Assembly (NCBI GenBank): GCA_025353585.1
Contig: JANXOM010000279.1
Location: 18,009 to 82,008 of the forward strand
Direction of reading: 5' to 3'
Length of the DNA stretch: 64,000 nucleotides
From: Deltaproteobacteria bacterium
Lineage (GTDB): Bacteria; Myxococcota_A; Polyangia; Haliangiales; Haliangiaceae
Each line of letters starts with the position of its first letter. The first letter of the stretch is position 1. The notes below the pieces were generated by a model that worked only from the letters and a program-made list of their open reading frames with translations, was not told the origin of the DNA and made no database searches. This document shows, piece by piece, positions 51,495 through 62,999 of the stretch. A program made the translations under genes and the position numbers.

Positions 51495-52669
51495 TGAGCG
51501 CGAGCTCGCCCCTGGCCGGCGCGCTGGCCGGCGTGAAGGTCCTCGACCTCTCGCGCCTGCTACCCGGGCCGTACCTCACGATGATCCTCGCCGACATGGG
51601 CGCGGACGTCGTCAAGATCGAGGACCCGCGGGTGGGCGACTACCTGCGCGCGTTCCCGCCGAGCAAGGGCGGGGTCGCCGGCCGTTATCTCGCGGTGAAC
51701 CGCGGGAAGCGCTCGCTGGCCCTCGACCTCAAGAACCCCGCGCAGCGCGACGCGTTGCTCGCGATGGTGGAGACGGCCGACGTCGTCGTCGAGAGCTTCC
51801 GGCCGGGCGTGATGGCGAAGCTCGGGCTCGCCTACGCGGCGCTCGCGGCGCGGAACCCGAAGATCGTCGTGTGCGCCATCAGCGGCTATGGCCAGACGGG
51901 GCCGTACGCGCAGCGGGCCGGGCACGACCTCGACTACATCGCGCTCGGCGGCGTGCTCGCGATGGGCGGCGCCGCGGCCGGCGCGCCGGTGATGCCGGGC
52001 GTGCAGATCGCGGATCTCGCCGGCGGCGCCCTGTGGAGCGCGACGGCGATCCTCGGCGCGCTCGTGCAGCGCGAGCGGACGGGCCGGGGCGCGTACCTCG
52101 ACATCTCGATGACGGAGGGCGCGCTGGCGCTCCTCGCGGCCGAGCTCGGCAACATGGACTGCGGCGCGCATCCCACGCGCGGCGTGGAGACGTTGAACGG
52201 TGGGCTCGCGTGCTACGGCGTCTACCAGACGGCGGACGCGCGGTGGCTCGCCGTCGGCGCGCTCGAGCCGAAGTTCTGGATCGCGTTGAACACGGCGCTC
52301 GGCCGCACGCCGCTGGTCGCCGAGCTCGTCGGCAACCCGGCGGAGCAGGCGCGCGTGCGCGGCGAGCTGGCGGCGATCTTCGCGACGAAGTCCGCGGCCG
52401 CGTGGCTCGCGATCCTGGCGCAGCACGACTGCTGCGTCGAGCTGGTGCTCGAGCCCGACGAGCTGCCCGACCACCCGCTGCACCAGGCGCGCGACGTCTT
52501 CTTCACGATGGACGGCGGGCCCGGCGTCGGGCCTATCCGCCAGGTGCGCACGCCCGTCGGCGCGCCGACCGCCCCATCGCCGCCGCCCCGCCTCGGCGAG
52601 CACTCGCGGGCCGTCCTGGCCGACTACGGCTTCACGGCCGACGCGATCGCCATGCTCTTGCCAGATTGA
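51494..52669 (+). CDS. family III CoA-transferase (CaiB/BaiF; alpha-methylacyl-CoA racemase-like)
   Basis: [62 protein letters not shown] start overlaps the SCP2 TAG by 1 nt. Confidence 0.88.
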   Translation: MSASSPLAGALAGVKVLDLSRLLPGPYLTMILADMGADVVKIEDPRVGDYLRAFPPSKGGVAGRYLAVNRGKRSLALDLKNPAQRDALLAMVETADVVVESFRPGVMAKLGLAYAALAARNPKIVVCAISGYGQTGPYAQRAGHDLDYIALGGVLAMGGAAAGAPVMPGVQIADLAGGALWSATAILGALVQRERTGRGAYLDISMTEGALALLAAELGNMDCGAHPTRGVETLNGGLACYGVYQTADARWLAVGALEPKFWIALNTALGRTPLVAELVGNPAEQARVRGELAAIFATKSAAAWLAILAQHDCCVELVLEPDELPDHPLHQARDVFFTMDGGPGVGPIRQVRTPVGAPTAPSPPPRLGEHSRAVLADYGFTADAIAMLLPD

Positions 52670-52716
52670 CCGCCAAGCCGCCAAGGGCGCCACGCCGGAG
52701 CCAAGGGCGGTCAGTC
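52664..52716. repeat. second copy of the GATTGACCGCCAAGCCGCCAAGG element, containing the stop codon of the CoA-transferase gene
   Basis: GATTGACCGCCAAGCCGCCAAGGGCGCCACGCC...GGCGGTCAGTC. The outer 11 nt form an inverted repeat. Confidence 0.75.
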
Positions 52717-52727
52717 GGGGACGGCGT

Positions 52728-54914
<2,187 letters not shown>

Positions 54915-54945
54915 GGCAGCCCGCGTATTGTAGTCTGATCTCGCG

Positions 54946-55779
54946 ATGGCGCCCCAGCACGAGCTCGCGGCCCTCGTGGGCGCCCATGCCTGGGAGGCGG
55001 CGCTGGCCACCGCGCGCATCGCGTGGCCGGCCGTCACCCTCGACCCGAACATCGTCGCCGCGTTCGTGGTCGAGCGCCTCGCGCCGGGCGATCCGGCCTC
55101 CGCGCTCGCCACCGCGCCCATCGGCGATCTGGCCCTCGCCGCCGCCTGCGCGGCCCAGGAGCCGACCGCCCACGCGGCGTTCGACGACATCCTCGTCGAG
55201 GTCGACCGCGCTGGCGCCTCGACGCGCGCCCCGCGCGAGCTCGTCGACGACGTCAAGCAGCTCCTCCGCGTGCAGCTCCTCGTCGCGCAGCCGGCGCGCC
55301 CGCCCGGCATCCTCGGCTACCGCGGCAAGGGCCCGCTGCGCGGCTGGGTCCGCATCACGGCGACGCGCGAGCTCGTCCGCCACCTGCGCAAGCGCGCCCG
55401 CGAGGCGCCGATCGAGGCCGCGTTCGATGCCGCGCTCGGCTCGGTCGACCCCGCGCTCGACATGCTCAAGGCCGAGTACCGCGTGGAGTTCGCGAGCGCG
55501 CTGCAGGCGGCGATCGGGGACCTGAACGCGGAGGACCGGACGCTGCTCCGCCAGCAGATCGTGGACCGCCTCTCGATCGACGAGGTCGGCGCCGCGTTCG
55601 GCGTTCACCGCGCGACGGCCGCGCGCTGGCTGACCCGGGCCCGCGCCGCGCTCGTCGGGGCGACGCACAAGCGGCTCGCCGAGCGGCTGAAAATCCCGGT
55701 GTCCGAGATCGACAGCGTGATCCGCCTCGTGCACAGCCAGCTCGACGTCAGCGTCGTGCGCTACCTGAAGAACACGTAG
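54946..55779 (+). CDS. ECF-type sigma-70 family factor with N-terminal extension (Ser/Thr-kinase-associated type)
   Basis: Region 2-like GWVRITATRELVRHLRK. Region 4 HTH LSIDEVGAAFGVHRATAARWLTRAR. Divergent from the kinase with only 31 bp between start codons. Confidence 0.75.
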   Translation: MAPQHELAALVGAHAWEAALATARIAWPAVTLDPNIVAAFVVERLAPGDPASALATAPIGDLALAAACAAQEPTAHAAFDDILVEVDRAGASTRAPRELVDDVKQLLRVQLLVAQPARPPGILGYRGKGPLRGWVRITATRELVRHLRKRAREAPIEAAFDAALGSVDPALDMLKAEYRVEFASALQAAIGDLNAEDRTLLRQQIVDRLSIDEVGAAFGVHRATAARWLTRARAALVGATHKRLAERLKIPVSEIDSVIRLVHSQLDVSVVRYLKNT

Positions 55780-55786
55780 CGCGGCG

Positions 55787-56467
55787 CTACTTGTACGTCG
55801 GCCCGCCGGCCTTGTACTTCTCGCCGAACTTGTTCAGGTGCTCCGGCTCCGCGCCGCGCACGAGCTTGAGGTCGAGCTTCGTGTCGGCCTTCGCCGTCAC
55901 GGTGACCTTCGCGCTGACGGGCTTCACCGCCCGCCGCGTGTAGGCGAACACGGTCCACTCGCCGGGCGGCACGCCCTCGAGGGTGTACGCGCCCGCCGGC
56001 GAGGTCCGGGCGTGGCGCCGGTTCGGCAGGACGAGGATCGTCGCCGCCATTTCCGGATGAATGTTGCAGTAGACATCGATGACGCCGGGATCCGGGAACC
56101 CCGCCGTCTTCTTGTCGCCCTTCTTGAACGAGCCGAGGTCAAACTTGCGCGCGGACGACTGCGAGAAGACGTTGTGCAAGAACGGGTCGTTGTTCGGGAA
56201 GATGATGTCTTCGCCGGCGGTGACCGCGACGAGATCGGGGACGAAGTGCCGGCCCTCCTGCGCGATCTGCGCGGGCACGGCCTTCGGGTCGGCCGGCTCC
56301 GGGAAGCCGACGACGTACACGATCGCGTCGATCGCGGGGGCGGCCGTGCCGTCGGCCTCCACGACCGTGACGGTGCCGGTCACGCGCCCCCCAGCGGGGT
56401 CGCCGTGGGCGGTCGGCGCGACCAGCGACGCGGCCAGCGCCGCGCCGCTCAGAAGGCGATGCCCCAC
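55787..56467 (-). CDS. secreted cupredoxin-like (blue-copper) protein with C-terminal carboxypeptidase-regulatory-like domain
   Basis: GTG start. Signal peptide. Candidate copper ligands in FLHNVFS and YCNIHPEM (Cys-x2-His-x2-Met). Confidence 0.7.
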   Translation of the reverse strand: MGHRLLSGAALAASLVAPTAHGDPAGGRVTGTVTVVEADGTAAPAIDAIVYVVGFPEPADPKAVPAQIAQEGRHFVPDLVAVTAGEDIIFPNNDPFLHNVFSQSSARKFDLGSFKKGDKKTAGFPDPGVIDVYCNIHPEMAATILVLPNRRHARTSPAGAYTLEGVPPGEWTVFAYTRRAVKPVSAKVTVTAKADTKLDLKLVRGAEPEHLNKFGEKYKAGGPTYK

Positions 56468-57216
56468 GTGATCCTCGGTGCCGTCTCCATGTGGTAGATG
56501 CCGATGCCGAACGCGGCCGACAGCCAGAAGCGGCCGTGGGTCCACGCGAGGTCCGGGCCCACGGCCACCCAGCGATAGGTGCCGCCGCTGACCTGCAGCT
56601 CGGAGAAGACCTCGGCGCCGAGCCGGAGATCCCCGATGGCCTGGACGCTGACGCCCGCGCCCGGCCGCGCAAAGACATCGTGCTCGCCGCTCGCGAATTC
56701 TCCGGTGACCCCGGCGTCGAGCAGCGCGTGGAGGCGCCCGCGCTGGTAGCCGATGATCAGGTCGGCCTCGGTGACCACGGCGGAGCGCGTGTCCACGTCG
56801 CGCTTGACGGCGACGCGCAGGAGCGGCACGACGGGGCCGGCCGTGACGGGATCGGCGCGGACCAAGCGATAGCGCAGATCGACGCCGTAGTCGGTGAGCG
56901 CGAAGGTCGCGGGCGTGGCGGTCGGCTCGGCGGTCGAGCCCGCGCGCCACGTCGCCTCGATCGGGAGCGAGAGCTCGAGCTGATCGGTGATGCCGATCAC
57001 CGGGCCCCACCACAGCGAGGTCTCGTCGCGAACGCCGGGCCGGCCATTCTCCTCGTACGTCCACGTCTGCAGCTCGACGCTGCGCTCCGGCATTGTCTCC
57101 GTGCCGAACAGCCAGCCGAAGTCCGTGCGACCCGCGTGGGCGGTGCCTGGCGCGCCGGCGACGCCGACCGCGACCACGGCCACGAGACCCGAGACACGCA
57201 CCATCGCGCCGAACAT
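56449..57216 (-). CDS. outer-membrane beta-barrel protein, unknown function
   Basis: Signal peptide MFGAMVRVSGLVAVVAVGVAGAPGTAHA, alternating hydrophobic pattern, C-terminal ITWGIAF. Confidence 0.7.
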   Translation of the reverse strand: MFGAMVRVSGLVAVVAVGVAGAPGTAHAGRTDFGWLFGTETMPERSVELQTWTYEENGRPGVRDETSLWWGPVIGITDQLELSLPIEATWRAGSTAEPTATPATFALTDYGVDLRYRLVRADPVTAGPVVPLLRVAVKRDVDTRSAVVTEADLIIGYQRGRLHALLDAGVTGEFASGEHDVFARPGAGVSVQAIGDLRLGAEVFSELQVSGGTYRWVAVGPDLAWTHGRFWLSAAFGIGIYHMETAPRITWGIAF

Positions 57217-57240
57217 AACACTCTGAGTTATGGTCCGCGC

Positions 57241-57609
57241 ATGATCGATCACACGGGTTACGCGGTCTCGGACCTCGCCAGGAGCATCGCCTTCTACGAG
57301 AAGGCGCTCGCGCCGCTCGGCTACACCCTGCATCGGAAGTTCGACGGAGGGGCCGGGTTCGGCGTGGGGACGAAGGTCGACTTCTGGATCGGCGCTGGCA
57401 AGCCGCTCGACAAGAACCACATCGCGTTCCGCGCCAGCGGCCGCGCCGAGGTCCGCGCGTTCTTCGAGGCCGCGCTCGCCGCGGGCGGCACGGACAACGG
57501 CGCGCCGGGCACGCGGCCGCACTACCACGAGCACTACTACGGCGCGTTCGTGCGCGACCCCGACGGGCACAACGTCGAGGCGGTTTGCCACGAGCCGTTC
57601 CTCGGCTAA
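57241..57609 (+). CDS. VOC (glyoxalase/bleomycin-resistance/dioxygenase) family protein
   Basis: MIDHTGYAVSDLARSIAFYEKAL...HIAF...GAFVRDPDGHNVEAV. Confidence 0.85.
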   Translation: MIDHTGYAVSDLARSIAFYEKALAPLGYTLHRKFDGGAGFGVGTKVDFWIGAGKPLDKNHIAFRASGRAEVRAFFEAALAAGGTDNGAPGTRPHYHEHYYGAFVRDPDGHNVEAVCHEPFLG

Positions 57610-57628
57610 GTGCGGCTAACCGAGCCGC

Positions 57629-58616
57629 TCACGCGACGCCCCGCTTCTCGACGACCTCGATCCCGATCGTCTTGAGGAGGTCACTCGGCGAGGTGCCGCC
57701 GATCTGGATCACGACATCGTCGTTCGGGACGCGCTGGACGCCCGCCGCGGTCCGCAACATGACGTGGTCGAGCGCGATCGCGATGACCTCCGAGCCGAGG
57801 TGCGGCACGATCGTACCGGCGGTCACGAGCTCCGCGATCCGCGCGGGCACCGACGCGCGCATGCGCGCCAGCTCGGCGCGCCGGTAGCTCAGCGCCACGC
57901 TCGCGCACACCCGCGACTCGGCGAGGGCCAGCGCGCAGTCCGCCGCCGCGTTACCCCCGCCCACCACCAGGACGCGCTTGCCCGCGAACCGCTCCGGCTC
58001 GAGCAGCCGATAGACCACGTTGGGGAGGTCCTCGCCCGAGACGTCCAGCTTGCGCGGCGCGCCTCGTCGTCCGAGGGCGAGCACCACGTTCGCCGCGCGA
58101 TCGTGCCGCCGTACGCGCTCTGCTCGACGATCGAGACCTGGAGCCCGTGGCCCATCAGCGCGAGCCCCGCCGCGAGCCCGGCCGGGCCCGTCCCCACGAC
58201 GAGCACGTCGAGGTCGCCGCTCCGTCCCCGCCGGCCGACAGGGTCGCGATCGGCGTGCGCAGCTGGAACGCCGAATGAAACGAGACCAGCACCGACGCGA
58301 GGAGCCCGGTGAAGACGTGGACGTCGAGCCAGACGCGCATCGACCCGAGCGACGCCGTCGCCAGACGCCGGCGGAGCAGATAGCTCAGGTTCATCACCAC
58401 GAGGAGCGCGGCGACCCAGCCATAACCATTGCCGTAGAGCCCGCTCGGCCGCAGCGCCCGGTAGGCGGGATGCTCGAGGCGATCCTCGAGCGATAGCCGG
58501 TAGAAGCTCCAGCCCTTGGCCGCGAGCGCGACCGACACGGCGACCAGCGCGACCGCGAGCACCACGGCGAGCGCCGTGACCCGCCTCCGTGGTCGTCTGC
58601 ACGCATCGTCTCCCAC
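57629..58616 (-). pseudogene. decayed gene for a membrane-anchored FAD/NAD(P)-binding oxidoreductase (thioredoxin-reductase-like)
   Basis: Three pieces in three frames. TM domain is in ORF 58155-58616. FAD fold DLDVLVVGTGPAGLAAGLALMGHGLQVSIVEQSAYGGTIA is in ORF 57889-58602. NAD fold and C-terminus (LALGRRGAPRKL...RVLVVGGGNAAADCALAL) are in ORF 57629-58087. The segment normally between GGT and ALGRRG seems missing. Confidence 0.65.
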
Positions 58617-58714
58617 CCTACAGGTCGCCGCGTGAGGCGAGCGTGACGCGGCGCGCCCCGCCGCCCGTTCGCCTCATCTTAACGATTCGCGCACCGTGTG
58701 CGGGAACATCGCAC

Positions 58715-60205
58715 TCACGACAGGCTGAAGAAGTTGCGGATGCGGGCCAGGAGCTGGTGGCTCCGCTCCTCGAGTGCGGCCGGCGCCGCTCGCTCGACGT
58801 TGCGCGCCGCCGCCGCATCGCGCCGCTCGGTGATGGCGCGGCTCAAGGTCGCCGCGAGCTCGGGCGCCACGGCGAGGAGCTCGTGCATCGCGTCGCGGTC
58901 GATGCTGACGAGCGTCGCCGCGGTCGCCGCGCTCACGGTCGCCGTCCGCTGCTCGCCCGTCATGAGCGCCATCTCGCCGAAGAACTCACCCGGCGCGAGC
59001 GCGGCGACCTCCGCCAGGACCCCGCCCTGCTCGTGCTGCACGACGACGCGGCCCTTCTGCACGAGGAAGAGCTCCGTCGTCGCTTCGCCCTGGCGCACGA
59101 TGACCTCGCCTGGCCCGTACGTGTGGAGCCGGCTGCGCGCGGCGAGCTGGTCGCGCTGTGCGTCGGTGAGGACGCGCAGGAAGTCGACCTTCGCGAGGAT
59201 CGTCCCCCGATGGGCCGCGGCCACGGTGGCGAGCGTCGCGTCGCTCTCGGGCGTGACCTCGCGCAATCGCACGTGGCGGTTCGGCGCGGCGGCCGGGAAG
59301 TCGGCGCGCGCGAACGCGTACCAGACCCGCTCGCGGGCCGCGCTGTCGACGCCGTCACGCTTGTCGAACAGCGCGGTGTGAAAGCGGATCCAGTACTCGC
59401 AGTTGCCGTCGATGAACTGGTTCAGCACCACGGTCGGGGCGGGCTCCGAGAGGACGCCGTAGGCGCCGGGCAGCGCGCCGAGGATCGCGGCGCGGACCTC
59501 GTGGGGCGGCACGGACGCGGGGACCTGCACGTAGAGCGAGCGGCGCGAGGTCGAGGTGGGCTTCGTGAAGTTGACGATGGGCGCCTTCGCGAGGACGCCG
59601 TTCGGGACGACGACCTCGACGTCATCGAGCGTGAGGACCTTCGTCGCGCGCCAGTTGATCTCGAGGACGCGGCCGACGTGTTTCGGATCGGCGTCGAACT
59701 GGATCCAGTCATCGACGTCGAAGGGCCGCTGCGCCTGGATCGCGAGGCCGGCGACGAGGTTGCCGAGGGTCTCCTGCAGCGACAGCGCGATCGCGGCCGT
59801 GAGGAGCGCGGAGGTCGTCAGCAGCGAGCCAGGCTCGACGCCGGCGCGGTCGAGCGCGACGAAGAACAGGACGACGTAGACGACGGCCTGGATGATGTCG
59901 CGGAAGATCCGGGGGATCGGGCGGGCGCGGCGCCGGGCGAGGACGCCGTCGAGGGCGATGACCACCACGCTGCGGCCGATCGACGCGAACAGGAGGACGA
60001 GCGCGGCGAGGTGCGCGTCGTGCTCGGCGCGGCTCGCCGGATCGAGGAGCTCGGTCACGCCGCGCACCATGAGGTGCAGCACGAACAGCGCGGTCGGCGC
60101 GCGCGCGAGGCGCTTGCTCCCGGCGGGCAGCGCGAGGACGGCCAGCGCGAGCAGCACGAGGCCGATCGCGGTCCCGATCGTATCGGCGGTCACGCGGTCG
60201 AGCAC
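58715..60205 (-). CDS. MscS-family mechanosensitive channel fused to a cyclic-nucleotide-binding domain
   Basis: TM3/beta-domain signature ALSLQETLGNLVAGLAIQAQRPFDVDDWI. C-terminal cNMP domain with FFGEMALMTGEQRTATV. Confidence 0.88.
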   Translation of the reverse strand: MLDRVTADTIGTAIGLVLLALAVLALPAGSKRLARAPTALFVLHLMVRGVTELLDPASRAEHDAHLAALVLLFASIGRSVVVIALDGVLARRRARPIPRIFRDIIQAVVYVVLFFVALDRAGVEPGSLLTTSALLTAAIALSLQETLGNLVAGLAIQAQRPFDVDDWIQFDADPKHVGRVLEINWRATKVLTLDDVEVVVPNGVLAKAPIVNFTKPTSTSRRSLYVQVPASVPPHEVRAAILGALPGAYGVLSEPAPTVVLNQFIDGNCEYWIRFHTALFDKRDGVDSAARERVWYAFARADFPAAAPNRHVRLREVTPESDATLATVAAAHRGTILAKVDFLRVLTDAQRDQLAARSRLHTYGPGEVIVRQGEATTELFLVQKGRVVVQHEQGGVLAEVAALAPGEFFGEMALMTGEQRTATVSAATAATLVSIDRDAMHELLAVAPELAATLSRAITERRDAAAARNVERAAPAALEERSHQLLARIRNFFSLS

Positions 60206-60226
60206 CCGCCGCCGACGGTAACATTG

Positions 60227-60583
60227 TTAGTGCAAAGCTTTGCTCGTCAGCGTCACGAGCGTGCCCTTCCGCTGCACCTCGATCTTCACGTCTGCGCTGC
60301 CATCGACGATCCTGGCGATCGCGCGCGCGCCGTCCGCGGATTGCGCGTCGAAGCCGTCCGCGCGCGTCAGCAGGTCTCCGTTCTCGAGGTGGGCCTGGTC
60401 GAACCGGGCGCCCTTCTTGATCGCGTAGACCTTGTAGCCGCCGTCCTTGCCGTCCGCCTTGGTCGGGACGAGCCGCGCGCCGGAGTCCGGGGCCGCCGTC
60501 GGGGCCGCCGTCGGCTTGTCCGCGTGGGCGAGCACGGGGGTGATCAGGAGGAGGGCGAAGGCGAGGTAGCGCAGCGTGAGCAT
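60227..60583 (-). CDS. small secreted protein (possibly PDZ-like)
   Basis: 118 aa from MLTLRYLAFALLLITPVLAHA. GYKVYAIKKGARFDQAHLENGDLLTRADG resembles a PDZ-like strand-helix. Weak assignment. Confidence 0.6.
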   Translation of the reverse strand: MLTLRYLAFALLLITPVLAHADKPTAAPTAAPDSGARLVPTKADGKDGGYKVYAIKKGARFDQAHLENGDLLTRADGFDAQSADGARAIARIVDGSADVKIEVQRKGTLVTLTSKALH

Positions 60584-60759
60584 GGTCCGGTCCTGGAGCA
60601 AATCGCGGGCCGGACCGCCCGGGCGCACCCCGGGCCGCTGCAGGGCCTCCAGGTGGCCCCCGGGCGGGGCACCTCGACACGCTGTCACCGAGAATTCATA
60701 CGCGGTGTCAACGCGGCGCGGGTTGTGTCGACCTGGCGAATCCCGCATCGTTGCGGGCG

Positions 60760-62535
60760 ATGAGCGGTGCCCCTGACGGCGAAGCGGTCCACAGCGCGGT
60801 CCCGATCCCGGATCTCGGCTTCCTCGACAAGGCGCTGGACGCCGGGCCCGAGGCGCTGAAGGAGGCGGTCAAGAACGTCCGGCCGGCGGACCTCGGGCGC
60901 GAGCTGTCACGCCGCCCCACGGCCGAGGGCTGCAAGCTGCTCGCGGCGCTCGACGACCGGCGCGGCGCGGCGATGCTCCGGTCGGCCCACCCGGCCGCCG
61001 CCGCCCACCTGCTCGCGGGCATCGCCGCGGCGCGCGCGGTCAAGCTGCTCGACTTCGTCCCGACCGATCACGAGGTCGCGATCCTCGCGCAGCTCTCCAC
61101 CGCCGAGCGCGCGCGCATCGAGGAGGCGTACCCCGCCGACCAGCAAGGCGAGATCGCGCGCCAGCTCGCGGCGCCCGAGCCGGCGGTCGGGCGACTGATG
61201 ACGCCGAAGATCTGGCGCTGCGCGGCGACGGCGACCGTCGCCGAGGCGATGGCGATCCTACGCGCGAACCCCGACGACATCGAGGTCGCGGTGAACTGCT
61301 ACTTCACCGAGGGCAGCGAGGGCGCCGCCGCGAAGAAGCTGGTCGGCGTGATGCCGCTCCGCTTGCTCGCGATCGCCGATCCCGCGGCGAAGTGCTCCGA
61401 CCTCATGACGCCGGATCCGATCGTCGTGCACGAGAGCACCGGGCGCGGCGATGCGGCCGAGATCATCGACATCCATGACTTCCTGTCGCTGCCGGTCCTG
61501 TCGAAGGACGACGAGCTCGTGGGCGCCGTCCGCGTCGACGATCTGCTGGGCGCGGTCCTCGCGGCGGCGGGGACGGGCATCCTGAACCAGGGTGGTGTCG
61601 TCGGTGAGATCGCCGGACGCGCGCCGTACTTCCTGACGCCGATCCTTCGCACCGTGCGCAGCCGCATCACGTGGCTGGTGCTGCTGTTCGTCGCGGAGAC
61701 GGCCACCGGCACGGTGCTGCGCTACTTCGACGACGAGCTCGCGAAGGTGGTGGCGCTGTCGTTCTTCGTGCCGCTGCTGATCGGCACGGGCGGCAACGCC
61801 GGCTCGCAGACGGTCTCGACGATCATCCGCGCGCTCGCGCTCGGGGAGGTCCGCGTGCGCGATGTCTTTCGCGTGGTGCGCCGCGAGGTGACGGCGGGGT
61901 TGCTGCTCGGGATCCTGCTCGGCACGATCGCGTTCTTCCGCGCGCTGCTCTGGGGCGTCGACTACGACCTGGCGGCGTGCGTGGCGATGACGATCCTCGT
62001 CGTGTGCACGTGGGCGAACGCGGTCGGCGCGGCGATCCCGCTGTTCGCGCAGCGGATCGGGATCGATCCGACGGTGATCAGCGCGCCGCTCATCACGACG
62101 CTGGTCGATGCGTCGGGTCTGTTCATCTACTTCAGCGTCGCGAAGCTCATGATCGTGGCCCTCTCCACGAACCCGACCGTGCACGAGGATCCGGGGTGGC
62201 GCACGGCGGAGATCGCGGCGCACTTCGACTCGATCGGCGACGTGTCGGTCAAGGCGGGCGCGGACGTCGCCGGGCACGTCAAGACGCTGGCGCTGACCAG
62301 CCACGACGGTACGCTCGAGGTGCCGGTAGCGTGGCTCGCGACGCTGCCGCCGATGCAGCTCGAGACGCTCGTGCTGCGCCGCGAGCGCCAGACGACGCAG
62401 CTCGGGTTCGCGACGGGCGGCGAGGATGACGAACACGTCCGGATCGAGATCGAGGGCGGCAAGGTCGCCCGCGCCGAGATCGCGCGCACGAGCAAGGAGG
62501 GCAAGGAGCACGACGAGACGCGCGCGGCGCCCTGA
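60760..62535 (+). CDS. mgtE: magnesium transporter MgtE with a C-terminal extension of about 130 aa
   Basis: N-domain, tandem CBS region, TM domain with PLLIGTGGNAGSQ and ISAPLITTLVDASGL. Extra soluble tail after the last TM. TTG at 60751 is an alternative start. Confidence 0.88.
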   Translation: MSGAPDGEAVHSAVPIPDLGFLDKALDAGPEALKEAVKNVRPADLGRELSRRPTAEGCKLLAALDDRRGAAMLRSAHPAAAAHLLAGIAAARAVKLLDFVPTDHEVAILAQLSTAERARIEEAYPADQQGEIARQLAAPEPAVGRLMTPKIWRCAATATVAEAMAILRANPDDIEVAVNCYFTEGSEGAAAKKLVGVMPLRLLAIADPAAKCSDLMTPDPIVVHESTGRGDAAEIIDIHDFLSLPVLSKDDELVGAVRVDDLLGAVLAAAGTGILNQGGVVGEIAGRAPYFLTPILRTVRSRITWLVLLFVAETATGTVLRYFDDELAKVVALSFFVPLLIGTGGNAGSQTVSTIIRALALGEVRVRDVFRVVRREVTAGLLLGILLGTIAFFRALLWGVDYDLAACVAMTILVVCTWANAVGAAIPLFAQRIGIDPTVISAPLITTLVDASGLFIYFSVAKLMIVALSTNPTVHEDPGWRTAEIAAHFDSIGDVSVKAGADVAGHVKTLALTSHDGTLEVPVAWLATLPPMQLETLVLRRERQTTQLGFATGGEDDEHVRIEIEGGKVARAEIARTSKEGKEHDETRAAP

Positions 62536-62999
62536 TGGCGTACGGTGGGGTGGTGAGCAGCGCAGACGAGCCCGCCGCGAGCGGAGACGGCGACGAGGAA
62601 CAGGTCGTCGGCGTCCTGAAGCTGTGCCCGGTGTGCGGAGAGAAGACGGTGCACGTCAATGGCGTCTGTCGGGACCACAAGGTGATCCGCCGGCGCAAGG
62701 TGGCGATGGCCCCGACGGCCCCCCCGGCGGCCACGCCACGGCCGCGCTCGAAGCAACCGCCGCCGAAGCGCAAGCCGACGAGCAAGCTGCGCTACATCGT
62801 GGGCGGGGCGCTGATCGCGGCGTTCGTCGTCGGCGCCGGCTTCTTCCACGTGGTGCACGGCAGCAGCATCCGGATCCATTTGTGCGCGAAGTACGGCTGG
62901 TCCCTGGCCGACACGCTGGTCGACCTCGACGCCAACCCGCCCGGCCCGACGCGCCACGCGACGCAGGTCGGGGTCGCGCTGGACGAGTGCCAGCTCTAG
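62535..62999 (+). CDS. zinc-ribbon membrane protein, unknown function
   Basis: CPVCGEKTVHVNGVCRDH, basic Pro-rich linker, one TM (YIVGGALIAAFVVGAGFF). ATG overlaps the mgtE TGA by 1 nt. Confidence 0.6.
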   Translation: MAYGGVVSSADEPAASGDGDEEQVVGVLKLCPVCGEKTVHVNGVCRDHKVIRRRKVAMAPTAPPAATPRPRSKQPPPKRKPTSKLRYIVGGALIAAFVVGAGFFHVVHGSSIRIHLCAKYGWSLADTLVDLDANPPGPTRHATQVGVALDECQL

